A stretch of 64,000 bases of DNA, from assembly GCA_030141605.1 (NCBI GenBank), contig JAQGDQ010000417.1, positions 62,001-126,000 of the forward strand. Reading direction: 5' to 3'. Within the stretch, counting starts at the first letter, position 1. Each line of letters begins with the position of its first letter. The stretch comes from Tubiluchus corallicola (Eukaryota; Animalia; Priapulida). Of this stretch, positions 25,320 to 36,888 are shown one piece after another. The translations under genes were made by a program, and so were the position numbers. The notes below the pieces were generated by a model. It ran no database searches. It was not told the origin of the DNA and saw nothing but the letters and a program-made list of their open reading frames with translations.

Positions 25320-26060
25320 CTGAAAAAAAAACAGGATGATTCATCACATCTAACTCCACTTTCAAATATGGTAGAAAATATACATTTTAACATGTGCAAC
25401 ACAGCTTTCAAAAGTGTGTACTACGTCACAAACGAACACGTCTGAACAAGCATTACTCCTACTGATTTTTTCAGTGAGTCGACTGATTAATCTGTTTCTC
25501 TTGACACTCTCATGTGAATCTAATCTTCATTTTCAACATCATCTCATTCACTTTTCATTTCATTTTTGCTTTTTTATCCCTGCCCTTTTACATCTTCTCT
25601 TTCCATTTTGCCTTCTGCTCGCTCCTGTACAAGTCTATCTTCTTGTTCTGAGCCGATATATCAATTTATGGCAAATTTAAACGAATTAAAAATTTTTTTT
25701 GTTGTAATAACCACTAGTTTTGTAAAATATGTAATAACGTTGTATTTACGGCATTTTGGAAATAAATTGAATTAAACTAAACTAAACTAAACTAAATTAA
25801 ACCAACTAGAAGGTACGGTGCCTGTTTTTGTGCAATGCGCTTCCCAGATAGAGGAACGAGCCACACGAAGGTTTATGTGGTTATGATTGCTTCATGCAAG
25901 TTATTCTTAAAATACATTGTTGTCACTTCGTGTACTTCATAGATTATGTTGTTTTGAACTATGGTTTAAGACTCGGCCTGCTTTTTGCTTAAAAGAAGCA
26001 AAAATGAAATGGGTAGCTTAAGACACAAACATAATTTACGAGGTTAAATTAATAATTTAA

Positions 26061-26564
26061 AGGAAAACTGGACGATTGTTTAGACTCAATCTCATTTTAA
26101 TTTACTGTCCAAAATATACATTTTCTTGCCTATAAAAGTTAACAATTGTTTCTTATATTTGAATAATTAGCTCAGAAAGTTAATTAACGGCAACCGAACA
26201 CATCTATTGCGGATGTCAGAAACTAACCACAGTTTGGGCAATGGCAGGCATCTTCCCTTGCATGATGTCACGAAAAATGGGCTTTACATTATATGACGTC
26301 AGAAACTAACACAGCAGTTCATGATCATGGTTATCACAGTACCGCCTTCTATTTGTCGGCCACGCAAATGTGACAAAAAGGCGTCGCTGCCAATCTTAGT
26401 AGATTCACTGAGCCGCGCATAGGTTTGAAAGTTTGACGAAATTTAAGTATCCGAGGTAATTATTATTTAATCTAAGCTTTCATTTAAAATAAGCTATTGT
26501 AGTTTTCAATATTTTAGAGCATTTTTATTCTGAACTCGTGTTTGCACAATCATCTGGTTTTCCT
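26061..26564. mobile_element. Kolobok-like MITE
   Basis: TTAA-AGGAAAACTGGACGATTGT ... ACAATCATCTGGTTTTCCT-TTAA; right-end fragment also at about 51100-51214. Confidence 0.75.
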
Positions 26565-27152
26565 TTAAACGAATGACAAACTCCAATAATCGTTTGAAAA
26601 TGTCGTTTTACTGTCATTTGCAGGAAAAAATTCTTTTGATTAAATGATAATCAGGTTATGCATGCTTCCCTTTCCCCTTTTCTAGTTGCCAGCAACAAAA
26701 TTGAATCAAACAGTACATATACATATAATATAGTACAGTACATATATACATATACATATAATATACATTTTAAATTAATCAAATGAAAAGCAAGAAGAAC
26801 AGCAGAAAAAACAAGAAAGATACACCATTAGCAACATATTGGAAAAAAGGGAGGCCAATGCTACAGCCAAAAAATAAGAATGATTCAGTCTAAAACACGA
26901 TTTCAACAACTCAACACTGAAATCCAAAGAAAAGCAGCTCTGTGACAATGCTAGCTTTTAAGGCCATAAATTGGAGTCTCACAAAAAACAATAGAAATCC
27001 AGCAAATTTGTCGAGGCGGATGATAGCATCACAAAACGTCTGGAATTTTAAAATATAATAGACTAAAAATTGTTTAAATCATAAATATCATTAAGGTGCC
27101 AAGCGAATGAAAAAAGAGCCCGTCCAATACGATATCACACGTACGTTAAAAG

Positions 27153-27590
27153 CAGGGATGAGAATGACAAATTGCAAAAAACTCTGAAACAGGCCGGGGG
27201 TTTGGGCAGCCAGCAACAAATTGCAATTTTGTGACCATAGGGACTTAAAATATCAATTACCTTGTTTCATGCATAATTTAAAATACCCAACTATCAAGGA
27301 TACATGATACCTAATTGTCTCAAAAATGCCCAAGTATTGGCCGCTGCTATGCAAAAGTATATAAAAGCGGTCTGCAATTGACTCAAATAACTCCACACAA
27401 TTGATTCTATATTTTTATACATAGAGATATACACGTGGTTACACTGATTTACGTAATGTAAACAAAGTGACGGCCTGCCAACCAGCGGTCAGTTTGTGAA
27501 ATAATGTACTGGGTCTGTAAAAATTTTCTCAACGAATTTACGCGATTTACAAAAATAACACTACTGGTCTTCCAAAAATTCTCATCCATG
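27153..27590. mobile_element. CAGGGATGAGAAT MITE, copy 2
   Basis: High identity to copy 1; flanks TAAAAG/TAAAAA. Confidence 0.85.
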
Positions 27591-27716
27591 TAAAAACAGC
27601 GAAACGGATACGGCAAAAATAATCGAATCAAAAATGTAAAACAAGAAAAAACTATCTTGGCATATGAATAGGGAAGTAGTTTTGCTTACTTGAAAGTTGT
27701 TGTCACATTTATTATC

Positions 27717-27772
27717 ATGAGCAGGAGCCCACTTCCAGGACACCGCTATGCCCTCCGTCGTAGCCAGGTTTG
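27717..27772 (+). CDS. Candidate nested antisense microprotein gene, coding exon 1 (MSRSPLPGHRYALRRSQV)
   Basis: First ATG after an in-frame TAG (27669), A at -3, GC-rich island, consensus donor TG|GTAAGT at 27773, phase 2. Confidence 0.55.
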
Positions 27773-28826
27773 GTAAGTCGACAAAAAACCAACCACGGTT
27801 ATAAAACTGGGCTAAATGCCACCAGTCAGACCATTCTACGAACACTTATTGTCTCCATCATAGAAAATATTCACATGTCTGCAGCCATTGCTCCGCATGG
27901 ATTCCGCTAATCCACTGCATTCTGTTGCAAAAAATCCGATCCACAAACAATTTTAAGGTCACAAAAATACTAATGACGTTGTTCAGTTGCGACAGAATAA
28001 CGAAATTTCTACTGCAAAGTATGAAAAAGTGTAAACGAAGAAGCAAAGCTCAGTTCAAAACATTCTTATGTCCGGTCAGCATCTGGCTGACCACTGACCA
28101 GCGTCTGAAATTTGATTGCGCAACCTCAGAAGAGCGGCACAGCACAGCTGACTTGTTAGGCAGTTGTGGCCAAGCGGAGAGCAAGCTAATTTAAAACAAG
28201 AAAATCACAACAGGGTAGAAAATAACTGGCTTCTGTTTAGCCCAGCTGCCAGCATGGCAGCAACTATTATTCACGGGGGTAGGAGGTATGATGGGCCAAG
28301 ATTGCTTGCAGCCCACTTACCATATTCATCAAGTTACCACATAACATGCATATTACCAAGTGCTAATGGCTGATATTAAAATATGAACACTGAAATTCAT
28401 TTCCCATTTCTGCCTACAGATGGCACTAGGGTAAAATCTATAGAGATTGCTAGACAATGCTAGATTAACATGTGTGGATTCTACAAGTTTAGATGAACAT
28501 TCATTCGTTAGCTTGTTAAATGTTCCACAATATCACCAATTTTTTTATAATTTTAAAAATATTAAAATTAATATAAATTTAAAACAAAATATTAATAAAA
28601 TTTGATGATATTGTGGAATATTTGGTAAATTAAAGTCGTTGTTGCAATCAATCAATTTCAATCAAATCTCGCCATGTTTCTTAGCAGACAAACAAACAAA
28701 CATACAACATCGATTACATTTTCAAAGCAATTTTAGTTCTTCTTTTAAATCAAGAAAATTTTTTACTCTTTCACGTACTATCACTCTATCACTTTTTCAT
28801 GCCTTCAAACATCTTCCTTGACACAG

Positions 28827-29037
28827 TGTGGACTACTCTGCAGTGCCCCCGCCTCTGGCACCAAACACCCCTGGTGTTGTTCATCCCGTTTGGGTCACAC
28901 GTGGAGAACAGCTGGTCGAACGAAGCCCATCTCAGAAGAATGGCTTCCCGAGCTCAATGAAACCTCAACACGAGGAGTTGTTTTGCATTCCGGAGGAAGC
29001 CGAGGAGCCTGACACAGAATCCAGGAGAGATTTGTAG
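28827..29037 (+). CDS. Candidate nested antisense microprotein gene, coding exon 2 (terminal)
   Basis: About 70-nt AG-free pyrimidine tract ending ACAG at 28826; phase 2 joins exon 1 (TG|T = Cys) into an open frame ending TAG at 29037; AATAAA at 29447. Confidence 0.55.
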
Positions 29038-29478
29038 AGATAAACGTGACAGGGGGAGAAGCGTAAAGTTCAAGTAAACAGCCGGAAACTTTGAAGGATC
29101 CTCTTACATTCCGGGATGCCGAGAGAGAGCAACAATTTACGTGAGTTTGCAAACATGTCTACAAGCAAATTATGTGGTCAAGAATTCATACAAACAATGA
29201 TTGATGATAACTTGATGATAAGTGATGATGACCAATGATAAAACTATATAATCAGTAAACAATTTATGAATGATTAGTGAATTTGTGAACTTAATAATGA
29301 CCCCTGGATTGATATATAGAAATTTTTGAAAGGTTTGTAAATTTAACAATAGCTACTGCATTTTAAACACAATGTAAACTCCCACACAGTTGCTGTGAGA
29401 CAGTTTATTTATTTTATTTACTGTTTTACTAATTAAACAATTATTAAATAAATATTATCATCATCATCATCATCTTTA

Positions 29479-29524
<46 letters not shown>

Positions 29525-29969
29525 ATTATTGTATTATAATAATAATAATTATTATTATTTATTATTATTATTATTATATTATTAAACAAATACATAAACA
29601 TTTTATTTACTGTTTAGTTTGAACGCCTCGGCGAGTTACTTGGTGGGGCTTCCGTGAGTTTACGCGGTGAGAAAACTCGTTAGTATGAACGTGCCCTTAC
29701 ATTTGAGTTGCACATTTCTGCAGCTACATTCTCTTTCATACAGGTAACTGACTCAATGACCACTTCCTAGTCTGTCGTCTCATACCTGTTCCACCTGATT
29801 GTTCTTACCTGTCATAATTTTGTTATATTTTCTAACGATTTTTCTAAAAAAAGGGAAACATACTTCTCTTAGTTTAAATCCGTGAACCTAGTAATGATCA
29901 CAGCACTTACTAATCCTATGAAATGTAAAAAACAGGTAAGGAAGATGGTAAGTAATGTAACATTGTGTG

Positions 29970-30981
29970 CCGGGAAAGTTACCGAAAATGAATTTACGAA
30001 CCAACACCGAAACCGAAATTTATCAAACGTAAGAAACCGACACAGAAAAATTTTTGTAAAACCAACTAGTATTAAAATTGCAAAAATAAAATTCTAAAAT
30101 AAGTAAAATATTTCGTTTTTGTTTGTCTGCTTATATTTGCTGTGATGCAAAATTACTGATTAAAAACACGAGGAAGTTTTATGGTATCGAACTTCAAGTT
30201 TGATGGAGTGACTTACCTTAGAAAATGTGTTATAATGTTTTTGGATTTAAGTATCCTTGATGATTAACATTTAAAGATCATAATATTTCATTAAAATAAA
30301 GAAATTTATTTTCTAGATATTTTGTTGCCTATATTTCATCAATTATCAAATTAGAAACGATTTTGCTCAAATAAATTCAAACATGATTTGATATTTTGGT
30401 TGGTTGGGCCTGGAGACCAAAAAACTTCACTGTCGTCAGCACTGAAGATGTGCCGCATTGCCGGTAAAAGCACGTCACAAACTGTTACGTAAACGAAATT
30501 TTTTGCTTTATTTGAACTAATTTAACCAAGATTTTTCATCAGTTTTTGACATCTAGGAGAAGAGGAAAATTGGATAAATACTATCCATTACAGACCAGAC
30601 GGCTTAGTCTAGTGGTAATGCGCCTGCTTTCCGTCTGGGAGGTCGTGAGTTCGAACCAGCGGCCGGGTCATACCAAAGACTTTAAAAATGGTACCTGCTG
30701 TTGCCCAGCCTGACGCGTGGTATTTAGGGTAAAAGTGGGGTAATAATAGTCTCTGTTATGTAGTTGTAGGTTGTTATTTACAGCCTGCTTTGAGCTAATG
30801 GTAATTGTTGACCCAAAGGCTGACTTTAAATAATAAAGATTATTACTATTATTATTATTATTATTATTATTATCATTATTATTACAAGTAAAACCATCAG
30901 AAATTTCCGCTACGAAACTTAATAAATTTTGCCAAAATAGAAACTTAACTGAAAGAAAATATCGTTTCGGTAACAACCCTG
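29970..30981. mobile_element. Non-autonomous DNA transposon with 7-bp TSD (P-element-like); host of the SINE at 30593
   Basis: Imperfect TIR C(C/A)GGG..GTTACCGAAA / TTTCGGTAACAACCCTG; TTGTGTG duplicated at 29963-69 and 30982-88; related copy at about 23090-24711. Confidence 0.65.
30593..30880 (+). mobile_element. tRNA-derived SINE with a Meta-domain-like core and (ATT)n tail
   Basis: A box TAGTCTAGTGG, B box GAGTTCGAACC, then GGTCATACCAAAGACTTTAAAAATGGTACC (recalled MetaSINE core), (TAT)n tail, flanking ATTACA direct repeat. Confidence 0.8.
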
Positions 30982-31331
30982 TTGTGTGGTAATGGAACGT
31001 ACTTAAAAATTGTCTTTTCTTCCCGCTTAACCTGAAATGCTTCTTATTTGTTAATAGCCCTAGTCTTATTTAGACAGCAACCCGAAAAGCAAAAACCTCC
31101 AGGAAAAGTTTAAATCTCTATAGCACAGTTGTGGTTAGCTGTGTGACGACGATGCATTCAGTATATCCTTACATGTCCATAACACTAAAACGTTCCTTAC
31201 ATGTCCATAACACTAGAACATTCCTTACATGTCCATAAGAAGTGTGCAAAAATCGAAGCGGAAGTCTAATGGCTGACGACACTAAAAGATGGCGTAAACT
31301 CGTGCCAAGTAAGCTGTATTTTCTACTGTAC

Positions 31332-31459
31332 CTTCCTTTCTAACTGTTTCTTCATCAGCATCACTTGCTCCATCTCATCTTCGTGCTCCTTCTCGAGTCG
31401 CTTCCTCGTCACTTCGATTTCTCGCACGGCCCTTTCATATCGTAGCTTGTAAATGCTTT
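31332..31459 (-). CDS. MYO18: Myosin XVIII exon, coiled coil
   Basis: CAG/GTACA, 128 nt, phase 1-0; SIYKLRYERAVREIEVTRKRLEKEHEDEMEQ...QLERK. Confidence 0.94.
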
Positions 31460-32015
31460 CTGGAAGCAAAAACAAAACAATGATCCGGGATCATTCTAAG
31501 CAATATGGCACATCTTCTCTACGATTAATTATAAATGTTTAGTTATCAACTGTGGTATCCACACTGTGAACATTAGTTAATACTATTAACAGCATCATCA
31601 TCACCACATTTATTCCCATCGTCGTCGTCGTCGTCGTCGCAGTTAGACGAATAATGAAAGACGTGTAAAAAGCAAATTAAACATTGTCTGATGGAAAAGA
31701 TGAAATTTATGTGTATAAAATGAAAATGTACGTGTTTTTTGATCTTGTAAACTGGCACTTTTTATTTACGTCAGTTTGTTTGCCGATTTGGTGAGAAGGA
31801 TCCTGCCAATTCATGGTATCGTTGTCATCGTCGTTGTCATCCTCAAAATCATCGTCATTGTCATAAGTCATCATCAGTCATTGTCGTTATCGTCATGTGA
31901 TCGGTCGTCGTCGTTGCCATCATCAAATACCGTTGTCTCTCAAATCTACTGTAGACATTCTTCCGTGATTTCAAGAACAATATGGAATATCTTCATTTCA
32001 TGGAATGACCAATAA

Positions 32016-32399
32016 GCCTTTTCACAGTTCCAGCGATTGATGATGATCGTGGAAATGTCCAAAGGTTAAGTGTGCCAGACAACACATCTGTGTACACTTG
32101 ACAACGCCTCGCAGCCCATGCTATTGTAATAGTAACAGTTTTAACAGTTAGCTAGAACCTTACCTAGTTCATTTTTTCTTGTTCTCAAGCAAAATCCTGC
32201 CAGTAAATCACTCTACGCACAGACTAATGCATAATTAAAGTCCACGTAAAATAACAGAAGTTGCTGAACTGATTCAGCAGACAGGTTTGCTTTACCCACA
32301 TGTCATGTGATGGATGTAGTTAAGATGCGTTATTGTGGTACACTCAGTCTTTGACCTACAGCAACTGTGTGTGTGCACAACAAAATTGTGTATTTAAGC
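32016..32399. mobile_element. PIF/Harbinger-like MITE, same family as 1190-1550
   Basis: End-to-end homology with 1190-1550. Confidence 0.78.
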
Positions 32400-32951
32400 T
32401 TACTCAGCAGAGCACAATGTACAGTTGACGACAGCTAGGTATGCCTCGTTAATGGTATTTCAGAAATGACCGGTGGTCCTAAACTGCAACCTGGCATATT
32501 TTACCGCACTACAAAAATATCGCCCTGTGCCACGTCACCATCGAGCATCTCACAAGGTTTCATCACGTTACTTAAACTCGAAAAATTGTGATCAAAAGAC
32601 AAAGTAAAAGGTTGAAATTATTTCAAATGATAATTTCCAATGAAGAAATTGCGAAGACCACGAACGGAAAACGTTAAACTAATAGAACTGATAACCCAGG
32701 GCTCGCCAATAAACCGACGGCACAAGTGTTAATTCTACAACTTTTCTGCTTCGCTGGCATCACTGTTTAAAGCAACAACCGGCAACAGACGAATATGTAA
32801 GCAATGCGAGGCAGCTGCCTCATTATCTAATTGTAAATAAACACAGTGGGCTAAAAGAGTGTGCGAAAGAGTTAATGTTCGTGGATCACTTCTCTAGTTA
32901 CGACAGATATAGATGGTAGATACCCCAGGAGTGTGTGTAAGATAAGGATGA

Positions 32952-33625
32952 AACCACGAAGGATGAAAGTTATATTTTTACAGGAACACGTTTCAAAATT
33001 ATTTAAAAGTTACGAATGCAACAAAGAACGATTTTAAAATAATGTGCCAACCACGAAGGATGAAAGTTATATTTTTACAGGAACACGTTTCAAAACTATT
33101 TAAAAGTTACGAATGCAACAAAGAACGATTTTAAAATAATGTGCCAACCACGAAGGATGAAAGTTATATTTTGCAGGAACACGTTTCAAAACTATTTAAA
33201 AGTTACGAATGTAACAAAGAACGATTTTAAAATAATGTGCCAACCACGAAGGATGAAAGTTATATTTTTACAGGAACACGTTTCAAAACTATTTAAAAGT
33301 TACGAATGCAACAAAGAACGATTTTAAAATAATGTGCCAACCACGAAGGATGAAAGTTATATTTTGCAGGAACACGTTTCAAAACAATTTAAAAGTTACG
33401 AATGTAACAAAGAACAATTTTAAAATAATGTGCCAACCACGAAGGATGAAAGTTATATTTTGCAGGAACACGTTTCAAAACTATTTAAAAGTTAAGAATG
33501 CAACAAAGAACAATTTTAAAATAATGTGCCAACCACGAAGGATGAAAGTTATATTTGGCAGGAACACGTTTCAAAACTATTTAAAAGTTAAGAATGTAAC
33601 AAAGAACAATTTGAAAATAATGTGC
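32952..33625. repeat. 96-97 bp tandem repeat, 7 copies
   Basis: CCACGAAGGATGAAAG at 32954, 33051, 33148, 33244, 33341, 33437 and 33533. Confidence 0.95.
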
Positions 33626-33785
33626 GGACTGTTCAGTGTAATATGTATTTTTAGATCCGGTTTTAATACACAAGGTAACTTGCGATTTTACAAGTAAAAT
33701 TTTAGAAGTAAAATCTAATTTAATATATAATGTAGTGTAATATGCACGTGTGATGTTACGTAACCCAGAGAATGAAGAACTGGTG

Positions 33786-33787
<2 letters not shown>

Positions 33788-33868
<81 letters not shown>
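33788..33868. repeat. (CT)n microsatellite
   Basis: About 40 perfect CT units. Confidence 0.98.
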
Positions 33869-33873
<5 letters not shown>

Positions 33874-34299
33874 CCTCCCTCCACATTGCCACACAATTGA
33901 TTGCAAATTTTACTATATAGTTTCACAGGGATGAATTGACAGTCGAGAGGATTTGCATGTACATGCTGTGAAGTAATGTTGGTATATACATTATACATCC
34001 ACACATCTCCCCGCTTTTGTCTCGCAAACCGAGATATGAGTGTAATACATGTCTTCTGCTAAAAAAACCCAGCATTTCAAGGTCACACTGACTTGTCCCC
34101 GATTGACTAGCTCAACAGGTAAAAACCTAACAGGTAATCGAGTTTCACAGATAGAAAACAGGTATGCAGTGCCATCTATTGAGAGTACCAGAAAACTTGT
34201 ATATAAAAGGATACTGTTCCTCACTAATTTCAAAACTGCATAGAGTCAATGAGGAAAAAAAATTAAATTACCAATTTAGTTGATGGTATGTCGACTTAC

Positions 34300-34411
34300 C
34301 GTCGTTGTCGTCATCATCATCTTCGCTAGACACGCTCGCTCGCACCATTCTTAATTCCATTACATCCATTTCTAATCTCTGCGATTTCTTCATAGCGCTT
34401 GCATGCTTTAC
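34300..34411 (-). CDS. MYO18: Myosin XVIII exon, coiled coil and acidic break
   Basis: TAG/GTAAG, 112 nt, phase 0-1; RLEMDVMELRMVRASVSSEDDDDDND. Confidence 0.93.
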
Positions 34412-34579
34412 CTAGGAAAGACAAATATTCATGGAAATAACACATTGTTAGTAACAGCAGACAGCAAAAACTAGGTACGCTATACATACAATGGCCCGCT
34501 TACAAATACAACGTAATTTGCACAACAGGGGCAAAAATGTGTAAAAAGTCCAATGCAGTTGTTTACAATCACTTTTCAA

Positions 34580-34995
34580 TCCCTCACTCAATCACTCACT
34601 CACTCAATCCCTCACTCAAACACTCACTCTCTCTCTTCCTCTCTCCTCTTCATTCACTCACTCACCCTCTCCCTCTCTCTCTCTTGCTCACTCTCTCTCT
34701 CTCTCTCTCTTTCTCTCACTCACTCAATCACTCTCTCTCTCTTACTCACTCACCCTCACCGTCTCTCTCTCTCCGCTCACTCATTCACTCACTCACCCTC
34801 ACCCTCACCCTCACCCTCTCTTTCTCTCTCTTTCCCCCTCTCTCTCTGGGTCTCTCTCTCTCTCTCTCTCTCCCTCTCTCTCTTTCTCTCTGTCTCTGCG
34901 TGTCTCTCTCTCTCTCTCTTTCCCTCTCTCTCTCTCTGGGTCTCTCTCTCTCTCTCCCTCCTCCTCATTCACTCACTCACTCACACACACACTTT
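34580..34995. repeat. Compound (CT)n/(CACT)n low-complexity tract
   Basis: Directly visible in the sequence. Confidence 0.9.
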
Positions 34996-35483
34996 CTAGA
35001 ATGAGGACAAAGTGCAAAAGGTAGAATTTTAGCATGTTGTTGAGGAATACATGAATAACACATGACGTTACTACGATGATGTTATGACAACGATTAAGTC
35101 ATGATAGTATTAAGTTACTTTATACACGCACTCACAGTATTATTGAAAAAGAAACAAGTTTTATTAAGACCATAATACATATAACCTTTCAAATATAAGA
35201 CATGTTTTATATTTCAAGGTTTTAATAAAAGATGCTTGTTTCAATAATTTTTTTTAAATTAAATAACAAACCCGAAAATATAAATTAATCATTAAAAGTT
35301 CTTTTATTTATTTCCGATTATGAAAGACAAACAATATTTTACCAATAAAGTAAGTCAACTAACACTAAACTCTCTGAACCTCACATTTTTCACTACATTT
35401 AACTTTAGAGATATAATTACCATGTATTTAAAAGATGTATTTAACACAATGGCAGCCTGTATTGGCTCTGACATCATTTAACC

Positions 35484-35775
35484 CAGGGGTGTGCAAATTA
35501 TCTGACTAGCCAGGCCACATTAAACTATCCCGCAATTCCGTAATTTCATTATAATGCATATTAGTAATGTGTATCACACAGTCTGTGTAATACAGTGACA
35601 TTAAGCTACAACCGTCTTGTAAGGGTTAATGGCATCCGATCTAGTAGAAAAAACTACGAGCACTATCTTTGGGATCGTGGCACGGACTTCAGCTGGATAC
35701 ACTCAATTAATCGCCTGGGCCGCACTTATATTAGGTTGACAAATCTCTTCGCGGGCCGCAATTTGCACACCCCCG
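35484..35775. mobile_element. hAT-like MITE
   Basis: TIR CAGGGGTGTGCAAATT / AATTTGCACACCCCCG; perfect 8-bp TSD ATTTAACC. Confidence 0.88.
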
Positions 35776-36221
35776 ATTTAACCTATTTAAATGTCTTAGT
35801 CAATTAAAAAAATCCGAATTAAGAACGCTCACTGAGGTTGTATCCCCTCATTTGAAAGAGATGATTTCAACCCAACACCGGCACTTAGAAATGCCATGTT
35901 AGTCTTGCTCACTGATTCGCACATCTATAAAAACCGGTAATTTTTTTCTACCGACAAACGGCTTCAGTGATCGCTCCCCGTTTATTCAACAGGTTACAAC
36001 AGGTCACAAATGCACGTAACTTAGAGGCAGTTCAATTTGCACTTCAAATTAGATTTCGTTTTCATAAACTCTGCGTACCGATGCCTCACATCTGAGGTTG
36101 GTGCAACGATGCAACAAGCATTACAATATTTAACCTCGCAGATTTCTGTAGACACACGTTTCAAATTTTCCTGTGTAATTAAGGCCTCTCTAGAGCCAGA
36201 GCATCACTTACAGTGTTCAAT

Positions 36222-36888
36222 GACACAAAAACGTTCCTTACAAGTCCATAACACTAAAACGTTCCTTACATGTCCATAACATAAAACGTTCCTTACAAGT
36301 CCATAACACTAAAATGTTCCTTACATGTCCATAACACTAAAACGTTCCTTACACGTCCATAACACAAAAACGTTCCTTACAAGTCCATAACACTAAAACG
36401 TTCCATACATGTCCATAACACAAAAACGTTCCTTACAAGTCCATAACACTAAAACGTTCCTTACATGTCCATAACACTAAAACGTTCCTTACACGTCCAT
36501 AACACAAAAACGTTCCTTACATGTCCATAACACTAAAACGTTCCTTACATGTCCATAACACTAAAACTTTCCTTACATGTCCATAACACTAAAACGTTCC
36601 TTACATGTCCGTAACACTAAAACGTTCCGTACATGTCCAAAACACTAAAACGTTCCTTACATGTCCATAACACTAAAACGTTCCTTACATGGCCGTTCCT
36701 TACATGTCCATAACACTAAAACGTTCCTTACATGGCCGTTCCTTACATGTCCATAACACTAAAACGTTCCTTACATGGCCGTTCCTTACATGTCCATAAC
36801 ACTAAAACGTTCCTTACATGGCCGTTCCTTACATGTCCATAACACTAAAACGTTCCTTACATGTCCATAACACTAAAACGTTCCTTAC
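36222..36888. repeat. 28-bp minisatellite (short array of the same unit at 31166-31238)
   Basis: Unit TAAAACGTTCCTTACATGTCCATAACAC. Confidence 0.95.

Noticed and set aside
30593-30665. tRNA gene
   Set aside because: A and B boxes are present but there is no convincing acceptor stem, and it runs into a SINE core and (ATT)n tail.
33139-35004. ORFs with (RE)n, (SL)n or MCQPRR repeats
   Set aside because: These are translations of (CT)n tracts and the 96-97 bp tandem repeat.
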